This document shows, one piece after another, positions 47,155-55,331 of a DNA stretch of 64,000 nt. Within the stretch, counting starts at the first letter, position 1. Each line of letters opens with the position of its first letter. The DNA comes from Paludibacter sp. 47-17 (GTDB lineage Bacteria; Bacteroidota; Bacteroidia; Bacteroidales; Paludibacteraceae), in NCBI GenBank assembly GCA_001898935.1, contig MKVT01000012.1, forward strand, positions 33,828 to 97,827. The letters run 5' to 3'. A program made the translations under genes and the position numbers. The notes under the pieces were generated by a model. It did not search any database, was not told the origin of the DNA, and saw only the letters and a list, made by a program, of their open reading frames with translations.

Positions 47155-48285
47155 ATGAAAAAACGTTTTCTCCTTGGATTAGTTGTTTTGCTGACTATGG
47201 GGCTCAGTGCTCAGGTTACCTACACTGTTACGGTTCCCGAGGGAACCAATGCCTGCTATATTGCAGGCGATATGACCAGCTGGTCGCACCAGGAAATGAA
47301 TCGCGTCGATGCCACGCATTACACGATTACAATTGCCACTGCTAACGAAACGCAAAAGTACAAGTATTGCAGCGGACCCAATTGGGCTTACGAAGAAAAA
47401 CAGGCCGATTGTTCGGGAGCGGTGGCCGACCGGACTTATGCAGCCAATGATGTGGTGGCTTGCTGGGCAGCCGTGTATGTTCCTTCGGCGCCAAAGCAGG
47501 ATGTGGTTATAAAAGTAAAAGTGCCCGAAACATGGACGACTCCTAAAATTCATTTCTGGGGCGATAAAAGCTCGACCTGGCCCGGCGAAAACATGGTTCA
47601 GGTTGGCGAGTGGTGGGTGTATACATTCGAACAGATCAATATCGTCAATATCATATTCAATAATGGATTGGGTGCGCAAACTTCCAATATTACCAATGTT
47701 TCGGCTTCAACCTGCTATCAGGTTAATGCCGATAACAGCTATCAGGCCATATCCTGCGAACCGGTAGTTGCCGGGCGAATCTATACCGTGAAAGTGCCTG
47801 CCGGAACAAAGGATTGTTATATTGCCGGCGATTTCCAGAGTCCGTATCCCAACTGGGGGCAGATCAGGATGGATCAGGTGAACGATTCTGTATACACTAC
47901 CACCATCAGTAATGCGACAGGCGCCGAAGGATATAAGTATTGCAGTGGTCCGTCGTGGGATTATGTCGAAAAGCAGGCCAATTGTGCCGACGATGTTCCT
48001 AATCGGACTTATGCTTCCGACGATGTGGTGGCCTGCTGGGCGCAGGTGTTCGATCCGCTGTCGACTTCGGTAAGTGGCGCTCCCGATGCGCACACCCTGG
48101 TTTATACCGACGGGTCGGTCATCCGTGTTCGGGTTGATTCGAAAACCACTGCCGCAGTGTATTCGTTGCAAGGAGTATTGCTTCAGCAGGCCGAATTCAG
48201 TTCAAATCACGAGTTTTCGGGATTGTCGAAGGGTGTTTATATCGTGAAGCTGAATGGCGTAAGTTCCAAAGTGCTCTTGAAATAG
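47155..48285 (+). CDS. Secreted carbohydrate-binding-like protein: two copies of a CBM20/48-like module flanking a CBM25/26-like module, plus a T9SS C-terminal sorting domain
   Basis: Signal peptide 'LLTMGLSAQ'. Duplicated 'YTV.VP.GT..CYIAGD......M..V....YT.TI.......YKYCSGP.W.Y.EKQA.C......RTYA..DVVACWA.V'. Middle 'KIHFWGDKSSTWPGENM'. CTD 'AAVYSLQGVLL...LSKGVYIVKLNGVSSKVLLK'. Confidence 0.75.
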   Translation: MKKRFLLGLVVLLTMGLSAQVTYTVTVPEGTNACYIAGDMTSWSHQEMNRVDATHYTITIATANETQKYKYCSGPNWAYEEKQADCSGAVADRTYAANDVVACWAAVYVPSAPKQDVVIKVKVPETWTTPKIHFWGDKSSTWPGENMVQVGEWWVYTFEQINIVNIIFNNGLGAQTSNITNVSASTCYQVNADNSYQAISCEPVVAGRIYTVKVPAGTKDCYIAGDFQSPYPNWGQIRMDQVNDSVYTTTISNATGAEGYKYCSGPSWDYVEKQANCADDVPNRTYASDDVVACWAQVFDPLSTSVSGAPDAHTLVYTDGSVIRVRVDSKTTAAVYSLQGVLLQQAEFSSNHEFSGLSKGVYIVKLNGVSSKVLLK

Positions 48286-48356
48286 GCATGCAACGCCGCG
48301 CGGTGGTCAGTTGCCTGATACCCCGTAGTGAGTTCGTGCCGTTGTTGTACATAGTT

Positions 48357-48386
48357 AAAAAGCCGCAGATTCGTTTGCGGCTTTTT
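48357..48386. terminator. Bidirectional rho-independent terminator
   Basis: AAAAAGCCGCA (48357-67) pairs with TGCGGCTTTTT (48376-86) between convergent genes. Confidence 0.75.
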
Positions 48387-48390
48387 AATA

Positions 48391-48807
48391 TTAATGCAAC
48401 TCGGTGTATTTCCTGTAATTATCCAGAATCGCCTGCCATCCCTGTCGTTGAAGCTCTGCCGGATTCTCGGTTTCGGCCTGAAAAACGACTTCAACCCGAA
48501 TACGGTTATTTAGGGGCGTAAATTCGACGGTTACTGCTCTCCCGTCGGTAAGGGTGTATTTCAGCTTTTGTTCCGGAATAATTTCGTCGATAATAGCTTC
48601 AAAGTCGAATCCGAAACTGCCATCCCTGGCTTCCATGCGGGCCAGGTATTTACCACCCCGGCGAAGGTCGATGCTGGCATACGGACAAGTCCAATCGTCG
48701 GTCGCAAAATTCCAGCCGGTAATGTGTTCGGCCTGGGTGTAGCAAGCCCATGCCTTTGAAGCAGACGCTTCGACAGTAGTTTCGATATGAATAAAAGGTG
48801 CACTCAT
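48391..48807 (-). CDS. SRPBCC-superfamily protein (AHSA1/START-like), cytoplasmic
   Basis: 138 aa with no signal peptide. The pattern 'IETTVEASASKAWACYT....ITGW' and its length are typical of Aha1-domain SRPBCC proteins. Confidence 0.7.
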   Translation of the reverse strand: MSAPFIHIETTVEASASKAWACYTQAEHITGWNFATDDWTCPYASIDLRRGGKYLARMEARDGSFGFDFEAIIDEIIPEQKLKYTLTDGRAVTVEFTPLNNRIRVEVVFQAETENPAELQRQGWQAILDNYRKYTELH

Positions 48808-48941
48808 ACAGGTGAATAATTAATGTTCGATGAACAATAAACAATAAAAAGCGACTTTATGTTTAGGGGGGCAACCCGGTTCTGATGCAGGAAGGTTGGG
48901 ATCTTAAAAATGGAGTCCTGCCGGAGGCCGGTGTCAGGCAT

Positions 48942-48972
48942 GAAAAAAGCCCTTCCGGTTTTCCGGAGGGCT
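48942..48972 (-). terminator. Rho-independent terminator of the small secreted-protein gene
   Basis: On the minus strand GCCCTCCGG-AAAA-CCGGAAGGGC is followed by TTTTTT (plus-strand A-run 48943-48948). Confidence 0.7.
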
Positions 48973-49009
48973 TTCCAACACTATAATTCTTTTGGCTTAT
49001 ATTGCTGTG

Positions 49010-49369
49010 TTACTTAAGCTCAGCCAGTGTGTCATACTCGCTGAAGCGTGATACGTTTAACACAATGAGGTATTTGCGGTACTGATCCTGCGAAAGAATC
49101 GATTTGGCATTGCCGAGGTTGAACATCATCGCCTTTTCGGCAGCCACCGTACTTTGCTTTTTGTTGGCATAGTTGAGCTTGCGCTCGGTGAGGTCGAAAA
49201 TATAATTCAACTGATCGGCCTGATCCTCATTGGCATTCAGGTAACGCACGAGGGCGTTGAAGGTCGAACTTTCATTCAATTTGTAGAATACCTTGTATTC
49301 CGAAAGTTCCATGGCGGAGGCGCTAAAACTTACAAGCGCTATTACTGCTAAAATCACAATCTTTTTCAT
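49010..49369 (-). CDS. Small secreted protein of unknown function (119 aa), monocistronic
   Basis: Signal peptide 'MKKIVILAVIALVSFSASA'. Helical, Q/N/K-rich mature part with an LxxxQ-like 'LSQDQ' motif. It has its own terminator and an AT-rich upstream region. Visibly lower GC than its neighbours. Confidence 0.6.
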   Translation of the reverse strand: MKKIVILAVIALVSFSASAMELSEYKVFYKLNESSTFNALVRYLNANEDQADQLNYIFDLTERKLNYANKKQSTVAAEKAMMFNLGNAKSILSQDQYRKYLIVLNVSRFSEYDTLAELK

Positions 49370-49474
49370 ATCCTTAAATTTTTATCTTGTAAAAAACCTT
49401 GTTAACTAAACTACTTTACTTTAAAATTAAAATTGTCATTCATAAGCCATAAAGAATTATTTGTTTTGACAATG

Positions 49475-49550
49475 CAAAAATACATGTTTTAAAACATATA
49501 TGCATCATACTGCAAGCTGATATGGTCTGAAAATATGTTATAAAACATAT
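49475..49550 (-). promoter_or_regulatory. Candidate promoter/operator region: -7 box TATTTTTG (49482-49475) plus two ATGTT-N4-AACAT palindromes
   Basis: Perfect 14-bp palindrome ATGTTTTAAAACAT (49484-49497) abuts the -7 box. A second inverted repeat, ATATGTT-ATAA-AACATAT (49533-49550), has its centre 51 bp away. Confidence 0.35.
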
Positions 49551-49807
49551 AAATATAGTAGTTGTGGTGATTAATGTCTGATTATCAAGGGTATATACAA
49601 TTGTTAAATAAGGTTAATGATATTACAAAGCTGTTACAAAACGATATTTTGCCGGATTTATAGCGGGTGAATTGCGAGGATTCGTACATTTTTTCTCTGT
49701 TTGTATGTTGAAGGAAAGGTCCTGAAACAAAAAAAGAGGCTGTCTCAACATAGAAATTAAGTCTCTGAGAATTGAATATTGGGATTTGTTCCCGGATAGG
49801 TATCCGA

Positions 49808-49850
49808 ATAAAAAGAGGGTGAAATCACCTTGTGATACACCCTCTTTTCT
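49808..49850 (-). terminator. Rho-independent terminator ending the minus-strand pectin operon
   Basis: AGAGGGTG (49814-21) pairs with CACCCTCT (49838-45), with inner ATCAC/GTGAT pairing. A T-run follows on the minus strand. It starts about 20 nt after the DUF3826 stop. Confidence 0.75.
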
Positions 49851-49865
49851 AATAATCTTGTTGAC

Positions 49866-50552
49866 TTATTGCTTTTCGCGTTCTTTGATTCGCTTGTACC
49901 ATTCCTCGCGTTCTTTCACTAAATTATACCCGCGTTTGGAAAGATAATTATTGATCCGTCCTTTATACTTACCGAATACCTCATGTTTTTTGCCCGAGCT
50001 TTCGGCATCGATGGCATATTCGCGCGCTTCGATAAGCCAGGCGAGTATCTGCGCTTTTTCTTCGTCGTTCAACGAAGGAATCATATCGAGGGTAGAATCG
50101 TAAGTAACTTTAACCACGCCGAAGGTCATGCCGTCTTTGACAGCTACGATCTGATCTTCGGAGAGATAAAGCGACAATGCGGCCGGAAAGGCGAAATGCG
50201 TGCGATAGAGTGCCGCATCTTTTTCGTCGTGTATCGTTTTATTCCGGTTGTCGCGTTCTTCTTTACCAACCGAAGGATCGGCTTTGAGGGCTTGAAGCAG
50301 CGAATCGCGCCGTTCGTAAATATCGTTCAGCTGGAAGTAGCGATTGGCAATTATGTTAGTTACGGCTTCTTTGTCGGTCCCGGAGTTTATCGCCAGCGTA
50401 TTCACAATCCTGGAACTGCGTTCGACGATGGTTTTTACGTAAGCCTGGTCGCGGTTAAGCGAGTCCAGCACCACTGCTCCGATGTTGCCGGGAAGCAACA
50501 TCAGGCACAGCAGGCTTATCATCAACAATTTATTCATTTTGGTCGGCATCAA
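49866..50552 (-). CDS. DUF3826-family secreted protein
   Basis: About 225 aa with a signal peptide. It is all-helical and similar to the C-terminal domain of 35982..37952. Confidence 0.65.
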   Translation of the reverse strand: MMPTKMNKLLMISLLCLMLLPGNIGAVVLDSLNRDQAYVKTIVERSSRIVNTLAINSGTDKEAVTNIIANRYFQLNDIYERRDSLLQALKADPSVGKEERDNRNKTIHDEKDAALYRTHFAFPAALSLYLSEDQIVAVKDGMTFGVVKVTYDSTLDMIPSLNDEEKAQILAWLIEAREYAIDAESSGKKHEVFGKYKGRINNYLSKRGYNLVKEREEWYKRIKEREKQ

Positions 50553-50558
50553 GATGGA

Positions 50559-52238
50559 TTAAAGAAGTTTTCCTTTTTTGGCCAGGGTGTCGTGGTTGTT
50601 CTCCGGCTTTGTCCAGTCCGTTTTCTTTTTAGGATCCATTCCATTGATATACTTTTCGATATTGGTATAGCCGTCGCCGTTCATATCTTTCACCGCATCC
50701 GAGGCATCGTAGGGGTTCAAGCCGTATTTCTTTTCCCAGGCATCGGGCATTCCGTCGTTGTCGCTATCCTTATAAGGCGTACCTTTGTATTCGGGGAATC
50801 CGCCTACCTGGCGAATATCGGTAATAATACCGTATTTGTACGAATCGTTGGGTAGCCGACGGTATTTGAACTGATAAAAATCGATCTGATCGGCTGCCGG
50901 ATCGTAGTGCACTTTACCGGTACGGACCTGTTCCACGATCCGTTGATCCACAATATCGCGGCGGGGAATATTGGCTCCTACATTATCCAATACAAAATCG
51001 TAAGCTTCTTTTGCGCCCATAATCGTCAGTTCGGGCATCGGGTGAGGCTCGTTCCATTTCATAGCTGCCGTGTATTCGCCGGCATTGGCCAGGTCTTCCA
51101 CCTGGATGCCTCCATCCCAGTTGTTGCGGGTAACCCGCTCGTTGCCTTCCATGATATTGCCATGGGCATAAACCCGTCCGAACACCAGGTAGCCCAATTT
51201 GCTGCGGCCCGATTCGGGTTTCAGGATACGGTGGCCTACGGGTGCGTCCTTCGGGGTCAACGGTCCGGGTTTGTAGTAATTGTTGACGATGTTGTACAAA
51301 GCCGTATAATCGCCACCGTCCACACTACGGTGCACCCAGTTGTAAATCACATTGTTCACAAAATTAAACACTCCGTTCCAGCCGATCGACGGATTGCGTC
51401 CGGCATTGTTGGCCCACAGGTTTCGCATAAACGAAGCATTTTCGCCTCCCAGTGTACTTCCGAACGAATGGTTGTAGGTATCCAGCGTTTGCGACGAAAT
51501 CGTATTTTGTATCGTCACATTCACCGTAGGCAGTTTTTTTTCCTTACTGCCATCGCCCGGGTCGAACATATGACGGTAAAAGCTGATGTTTTCGTCGAGT
51601 CCCCAGCTGGTGGAGCAATGGTCGATCATAATATTCCCCACCGGGTTTCCGCCAAAAGCATCGTCGCGCCGGGTTACATCGGTTGCGCCTCTGCGGAAGC
51701 GCATGTGGCGGATCACCACATCGTGGGTATTCACCCAGAACGATTCGCCCGACACCACCACGCCGTCGCCGGGAGCGGTTTGTCCGGCAATCGTGATGTA
51801 CGGAGCATTCACGATGATAGGCGTTTTCAGCCGTATATTGCCGGCCACGTTAAACACCACGATACGTGCTCCGCCTGTTTCACAAGCCTCGCGCAAGGTG
51901 CCGGGTCCGCGATCGTCGAGACTCGTTACCACTATCACTTTACCTCCGCGACCGCCAAAGCTGTATTTACCGCCTCCTTCGGCGCCGGGGAAGGCCGGGA
52001 TTTTTGCTTGTGGCAGGTCGGTAGGCCGTTCGGCCCAGGGGATATACGGACGGCCCTGTAGTGCTTCCTGTTTGATAACCGGGAGCGCCCGTTCGAAAGC
52101 TGCAGCGGAACTGGCGCGTTCGGCATTCAGAATGGCGTCGGCGCTGTCCTGTTGCGCTTTAGGGACTTGGGGGTACTGGGCCAATGCTCCGAGGCTGATG
52201 GCCATAATTGCTAAAAGAGATGAAAATCGGGTAGACAT
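50559..52238 (-). CDS. PL1 pectate lyase with C-terminal calcium-binding (thrombospondin-type-3-like) repeats
   Basis: 'ITIAGQTAPGDGV', 'VVIRHMRFRRG', 'IMIDHCSTSWGLDENIS', 'NNAGRNPSIG', 'DSDNDGMPDAWEKKYGLNP'. I prefer the ATG at 52238 over the TTG at 52262. Confidence 0.85.
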   Translation of the reverse strand: MSTRFSSLLAIMAISLGALAQYPQVPKAQQDSADAILNAERASSAAAFERALPVIKQEALQGRPYIPWAERPTDLPQAKIPAFPGAEGGGKYSFGGRGGKVIVVTSLDDRGPGTLREACETGGARIVVFNVAGNIRLKTPIIVNAPYITIAGQTAPGDGVVVSGESFWVNTHDVVIRHMRFRRGATDVTRRDDAFGGNPVGNIMIDHCSTSWGLDENISFYRHMFDPGDGSKEKKLPTVNVTIQNTISSQTLDTYNHSFGSTLGGENASFMRNLWANNAGRNPSIGWNGVFNFVNNVIYNWVHRSVDGGDYTALYNIVNNYYKPGPLTPKDAPVGHRILKPESGRSKLGYLVFGRVYAHGNIMEGNERVTRNNWDGGIQVEDLANAGEYTAAMKWNEPHPMPELTIMGAKEAYDFVLDNVGANIPRRDIVDQRIVEQVRTGKVHYDPAADQIDFYQFKYRRLPNDSYKYGIITDIRQVGGFPEYKGTPYKDSDNDGMPDAWEKKYGLNPYDASDAVKDMNGDGYTNIEKYINGMDPKKKTDWTKPENNHDTLAKKGKLL

Positions 52239-52269
52239 AATGAATTTTGTTTTTGCATCCAATTGGTTC

Positions 52270-52316
52270 CTGAAACAAAACTGCCGGAATCTGTGTTCAG
52301 GCTTTCCGGCAGTTTG
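52270..52316 (-). terminator. Intra-operon hairpin terminator/attenuator between the unknown cargo gene and PL1
   Basis: 11-bp stem: AAACTGCCGGA (52278-88) pairs with TCCGGCAGTTT (52305-15). On the minus strand it is followed by TTTTGTTT. Confidence 0.5.
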
Positions 52317-52334
52317 GGCGATTCAAAGTTGAAG

Positions 52335-53477
52335 TTACAGACGTATTTTCGACCGGCTGATATTGCCTTCGTCGTCGGTCATCTTCACCACATAAATTCC
52401 TTTGGTCAAAGCCGATGCTGCGATGCGGCCCGTGCGGCCTTCGTAGCAGATTCGGCCATCGGCACTGTATACGATAGCGTTGGCAACCTGCGAAAGTACA
52501 ATTTCGGCACCATTGAAATGGGCAGTCACATTGTTGAGGTATACCGGGGTAGTAGCCGTAGGCACTTCGGTTGGAACCACGCCGCTGAAAATCTTGATCT
52601 GGTGGATACGGGCAACCTGGCGCTGAGCATACGGAGTCATGGTGGGACTGTAAGTCGACCCGTCTGTTTTGGTTACATTGGCGTGAATCGAATCGCCGTC
52701 CCAGATTCTCCAGCGAAGCGAAATTTTAGAAGAAGGATCTTCCTGTTTGTTGATCATCACTTCAAAAGCATATCCTTGTTCGGAAAAGCCGGCCAGGCCC
52801 GATGCTATATCGCTGGGTTCCCATTGCAGCGGTTCCCATGCACCATCGTTGTGCTTGATGTCGAGTTTAAAGCCACGTTTCCAGCCGGTCGACGAGAACG
52901 AAAACTGAACACGTTCCACCTGTGGCAGTTCGTTCAGCTGAATGTATCCATGACGGCTGGTAGTAGGAGCTTCGGTCGCAGCACCCTGACGGCTCAATTC
53001 GATAAAACCTTTCTTTTCCCAGATGGGACTCTGTTTGATGGAGTTGTTGTTGTCGAAACAAGTATTTCCTTTACCCGACCAACTGGTGGCGCCGTTAATC
53101 ACGATTTTAGTGTAGGCGCTGTTGTAGAAGGCAGGAGCTAAGCAAGCCATATAGTAGTGAACCGGCCAAAGCAGATTGGTAGGAACCGGATTCATTTCGG
53201 CATCCACATTATAAACCGGAGTTTTGAACAGTCCCGAGGAGAAGGCTGATGAAGTTGCTGTTCCATCGGCTCCCGTATGAGCTGCAAGACCAGTGGCTGC
53301 AGGCGTCAGGTTTTCGGCATCGATATTGAGAATCGGGTACCATTCCGACTGGGTCCAACCGGCATTGGTAGTGTAGTAAAGCTGAGTGGCATCGGCCGTA
53401 CAGGCCTCGTACTGCTGAGCGATTGCAGTTGTGCCCGCAACCATCGCAAGAACTAAAATGAGTGTAGTTTTTTTCAT
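52335..53477 (-). CDS. Secreted protein of unknown function with a T9SS C-terminal sorting domain
   Basis: Signal peptide 'LVLAMVAGTTAIAQ' from ATG 53477. I recognise no family motif in about 300 aa. CTD 'AIVYSADGRICYEG...LTKGIYVVKMTDDEGNISRSKIRL'. Confidence 0.8.
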   Translation of the reverse strand: MKKTTLILVLAMVAGTTAIAQQYEACTADATQLYYTTNAGWTQSEWYPILNIDAENLTPAATGLAAHTGADGTATSSAFSSGLFKTPVYNVDAEMNPVPTNLLWPVHYYMACLAPAFYNSAYTKIVINGATSWSGKGNTCFDNNNSIKQSPIWEKKGFIELSRQGAATEAPTTSRHGYIQLNELPQVERVQFSFSSTGWKRGFKLDIKHNDGAWEPLQWEPSDIASGLAGFSEQGYAFEVMINKQEDPSSKISLRWRIWDGDSIHANVTKTDGSTYSPTMTPYAQRQVARIHQIKIFSGVVPTEVPTATTPVYLNNVTAHFNGAEIVLSQVANAIVYSADGRICYEGRTGRIAASALTKGIYVVKMTDDEGNISRSKIRL

Positions 53478-53546
53478 GTGATATAAATTTAATTGTTGAA
53501 TTCGTCTGCGATTATGACGCAGCATTCATCGTGTTGTACTCATTGT

Positions 53547-55268
53547 TCAAAGTACGAAAAATTTAAGGTGTTGCGTTTTGCCCGATTCGGACCGGATTTT
53601 TAACAGGTAGCTGCCCGCCTGGTGGTAACCGAGCTGCGACGAAGTGGCGCCGTTCAGACCGAAACTTTTCAACGATGCTCCGTTGATGCTGATCACTTCG
53701 GCATATGCCAGCGGTTCGGACGAACTCAGGGTAAGCGTGCCGGGGCCAACGGTAGGAAACAGCTTCAACCCCTTGATTTCCATCTCGGGCACAGCCGTTG
53801 CAAATTTCAATTCGATGGTTTCGCCCACCAGGCTGTTGAGGTACACTTCCAGCGCCGTATAGCCCGATAAGGTGACCAGGTTGCGATCGGAAGCATCGGC
53901 AGGGTTCAGGCCGTTGGCCGTCTCCCAGGCATCGTCCATGCCATCGTTGTCGGCATCGGTAATGGTATTGTAGGTGGTGTATTCGGGATATCCGCCCACG
54001 GAGGCAGGAGCGTCGATAATTCCTTTCGCCTGGTCCAGAAAAGGATTATTGGACGAGGTGCCCTTGCCCGAAGCCGTACCGGTACGCACTTCGTTCACGA
54101 TACGGCGATCGACCGTGTCGCGCGGGAAAGCCCCGGCCTTTGCCAGCACGCTTTCGTAAGCCTCGAGTGCTGTTTCGGTATTCACGGGATAAGGGGTGGG
54201 GAAGATGGTGTCGGAACGTAAAGCCGTTGCACTGATTCCTTTCCCGACATAGGCGCTGGCGTCGAGTCCCAGGTAGTTGTCGGTATTTTTAGCCGTATTG
54301 GCACTTCCCTCCATCACGTTTCCCACCATGTGCCAAAGGGCAATCTGATCGGTTTTCTGTGCTCCTGAGAACGACGACTGAACAAAGAACGACGACGAAG
54401 TTCCCGGACGTGCAGGGCCCGGCTTGTAGTAGTTGTTGATCATGTTCACCCGGTGGGTGCGTGGGACATAAATAGTACCGCCCTCAATATCGCCTCCATA
54501 GGCCGAATTGGCTTTGCCCCAGTTGTAGTTCACGTTGTTGATGTAGTCCATCAGCACCCGGGCGTCGTTGCTTCGGGCTCCGTTGAAGCGCGGCGTGCGG
54601 TTGTAGTTGTGCGCCAGCAGGTTGTGGTGGTAGGTGGCTGTTTGTCCACCCCATTGCGAGCCATAACTCCGTGCACCTTTCAGGTGACCGGCATCATAAA
54701 GTCCTTCGTGAAGGATGCACCATTGCACGGTGCTGAGGGTATTGTCGTACAGGGTCATGTTTTCCTCGCCCGACCAACCGAAGGTACAATGATCGATGAT
54801 GAAGTTGGATGCATTTTCGATACCGATGGAACCTCCGGCAATGAAGGCCGTGTCGCCCCGGAGCCCGATGCGCATACGCAGATGGCGTACGATGAGGTGG
54901 GTGCTGCCGCCGAAATTCACCTTGCCTCCGCGGATCGCTATCCCGTCGCCGGGAGCCGTTTGTCCGGCTATTGTGAAATTGTTGCGCTTCACCCGTAAAT
55001 CGGATTTCAGCGTAATGACCCCCGATGTACGGAAAACAACGGTAAGGGGTTCGTTCGGATATTGTGCCAATGCCCAGCGAAGCGAGCCTTCGATGGGGGT
55101 TTCGGTGGCGAGGTAGTCCTGTGTGTTGGTTACGGCAACTACCTGTCCGCCGCGCCCTCCTTTAGCGTACATGCCGTAGCCTTCGGCAGTGGGAAAAGCG
55201 GGAGTTTGCTGAGCCGGAAGCCCGGAAGTAAGGAGAATCAGGACAGCCAGGGAAAGTAAATGTCGCAT
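53547..55268 (-). CDS. PL1 pectate lyase with a T9SS C-terminal sorting domain
   Basis: 'FTIAGQTAPGDGI', 'LIVRHLRMRIG', 'FIIDHCTFGWSGEENMT', 'NYNRTPRFNG', 'DADNDGMDDAWE'. CTD 'VISINGASLKSF...AGSYLLKIRSESGKTQHLKFFVL'. Confidence 0.85.
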   Translation of the reverse strand: MRHLLSLAVLILLTSGLPAQQTPAFPTAEGYGMYAKGGRGGQVVAVTNTQDYLATETPIEGSLRWALAQYPNEPLTVVFRTSGVITLKSDLRVKRNNFTIAGQTAPGDGIAIRGGKVNFGGSTHLIVRHLRMRIGLRGDTAFIAGGSIGIENASNFIIDHCTFGWSGEENMTLYDNTLSTVQWCILHEGLYDAGHLKGARSYGSQWGGQTATYHHNLLAHNYNRTPRFNGARSNDARVLMDYINNVNYNWGKANSAYGGDIEGGTIYVPRTHRVNMINNYYKPGPARPGTSSSFFVQSSFSGAQKTDQIALWHMVGNVMEGSANTAKNTDNYLGLDASAYVGKGISATALRSDTIFPTPYPVNTETALEAYESVLAKAGAFPRDTVDRRIVNEVRTGTASGKGTSSNNPFLDQAKGIIDAPASVGGYPEYTTYNTITDADNDGMDDAWETANGLNPADASDRNLVTLSGYTALEVYLNSLVGETIELKFATAVPEMEIKGLKLFPTVGPGTLTLSSSEPLAYAEVISINGASLKSFGLNGATSSQLGYHQAGSYLLKIRSESGKTQHLKFFVL

Positions 55269-55331
55269 ATCGTTTGTGTTTTGATGTGAGTTGGATACAA
55301 ATATCGCATGCTTCAGGGCGATGCAGGTGTG

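Noticed and set aside
49574-49663. 29-aa plus-strand ORF (MSDYQGYIQLLNKVNDITKLLQNDILPDL) in the AT-rich spacer
   Set aside because: AT-rich sequence produces such ORFs by chance, and nothing supports this one.
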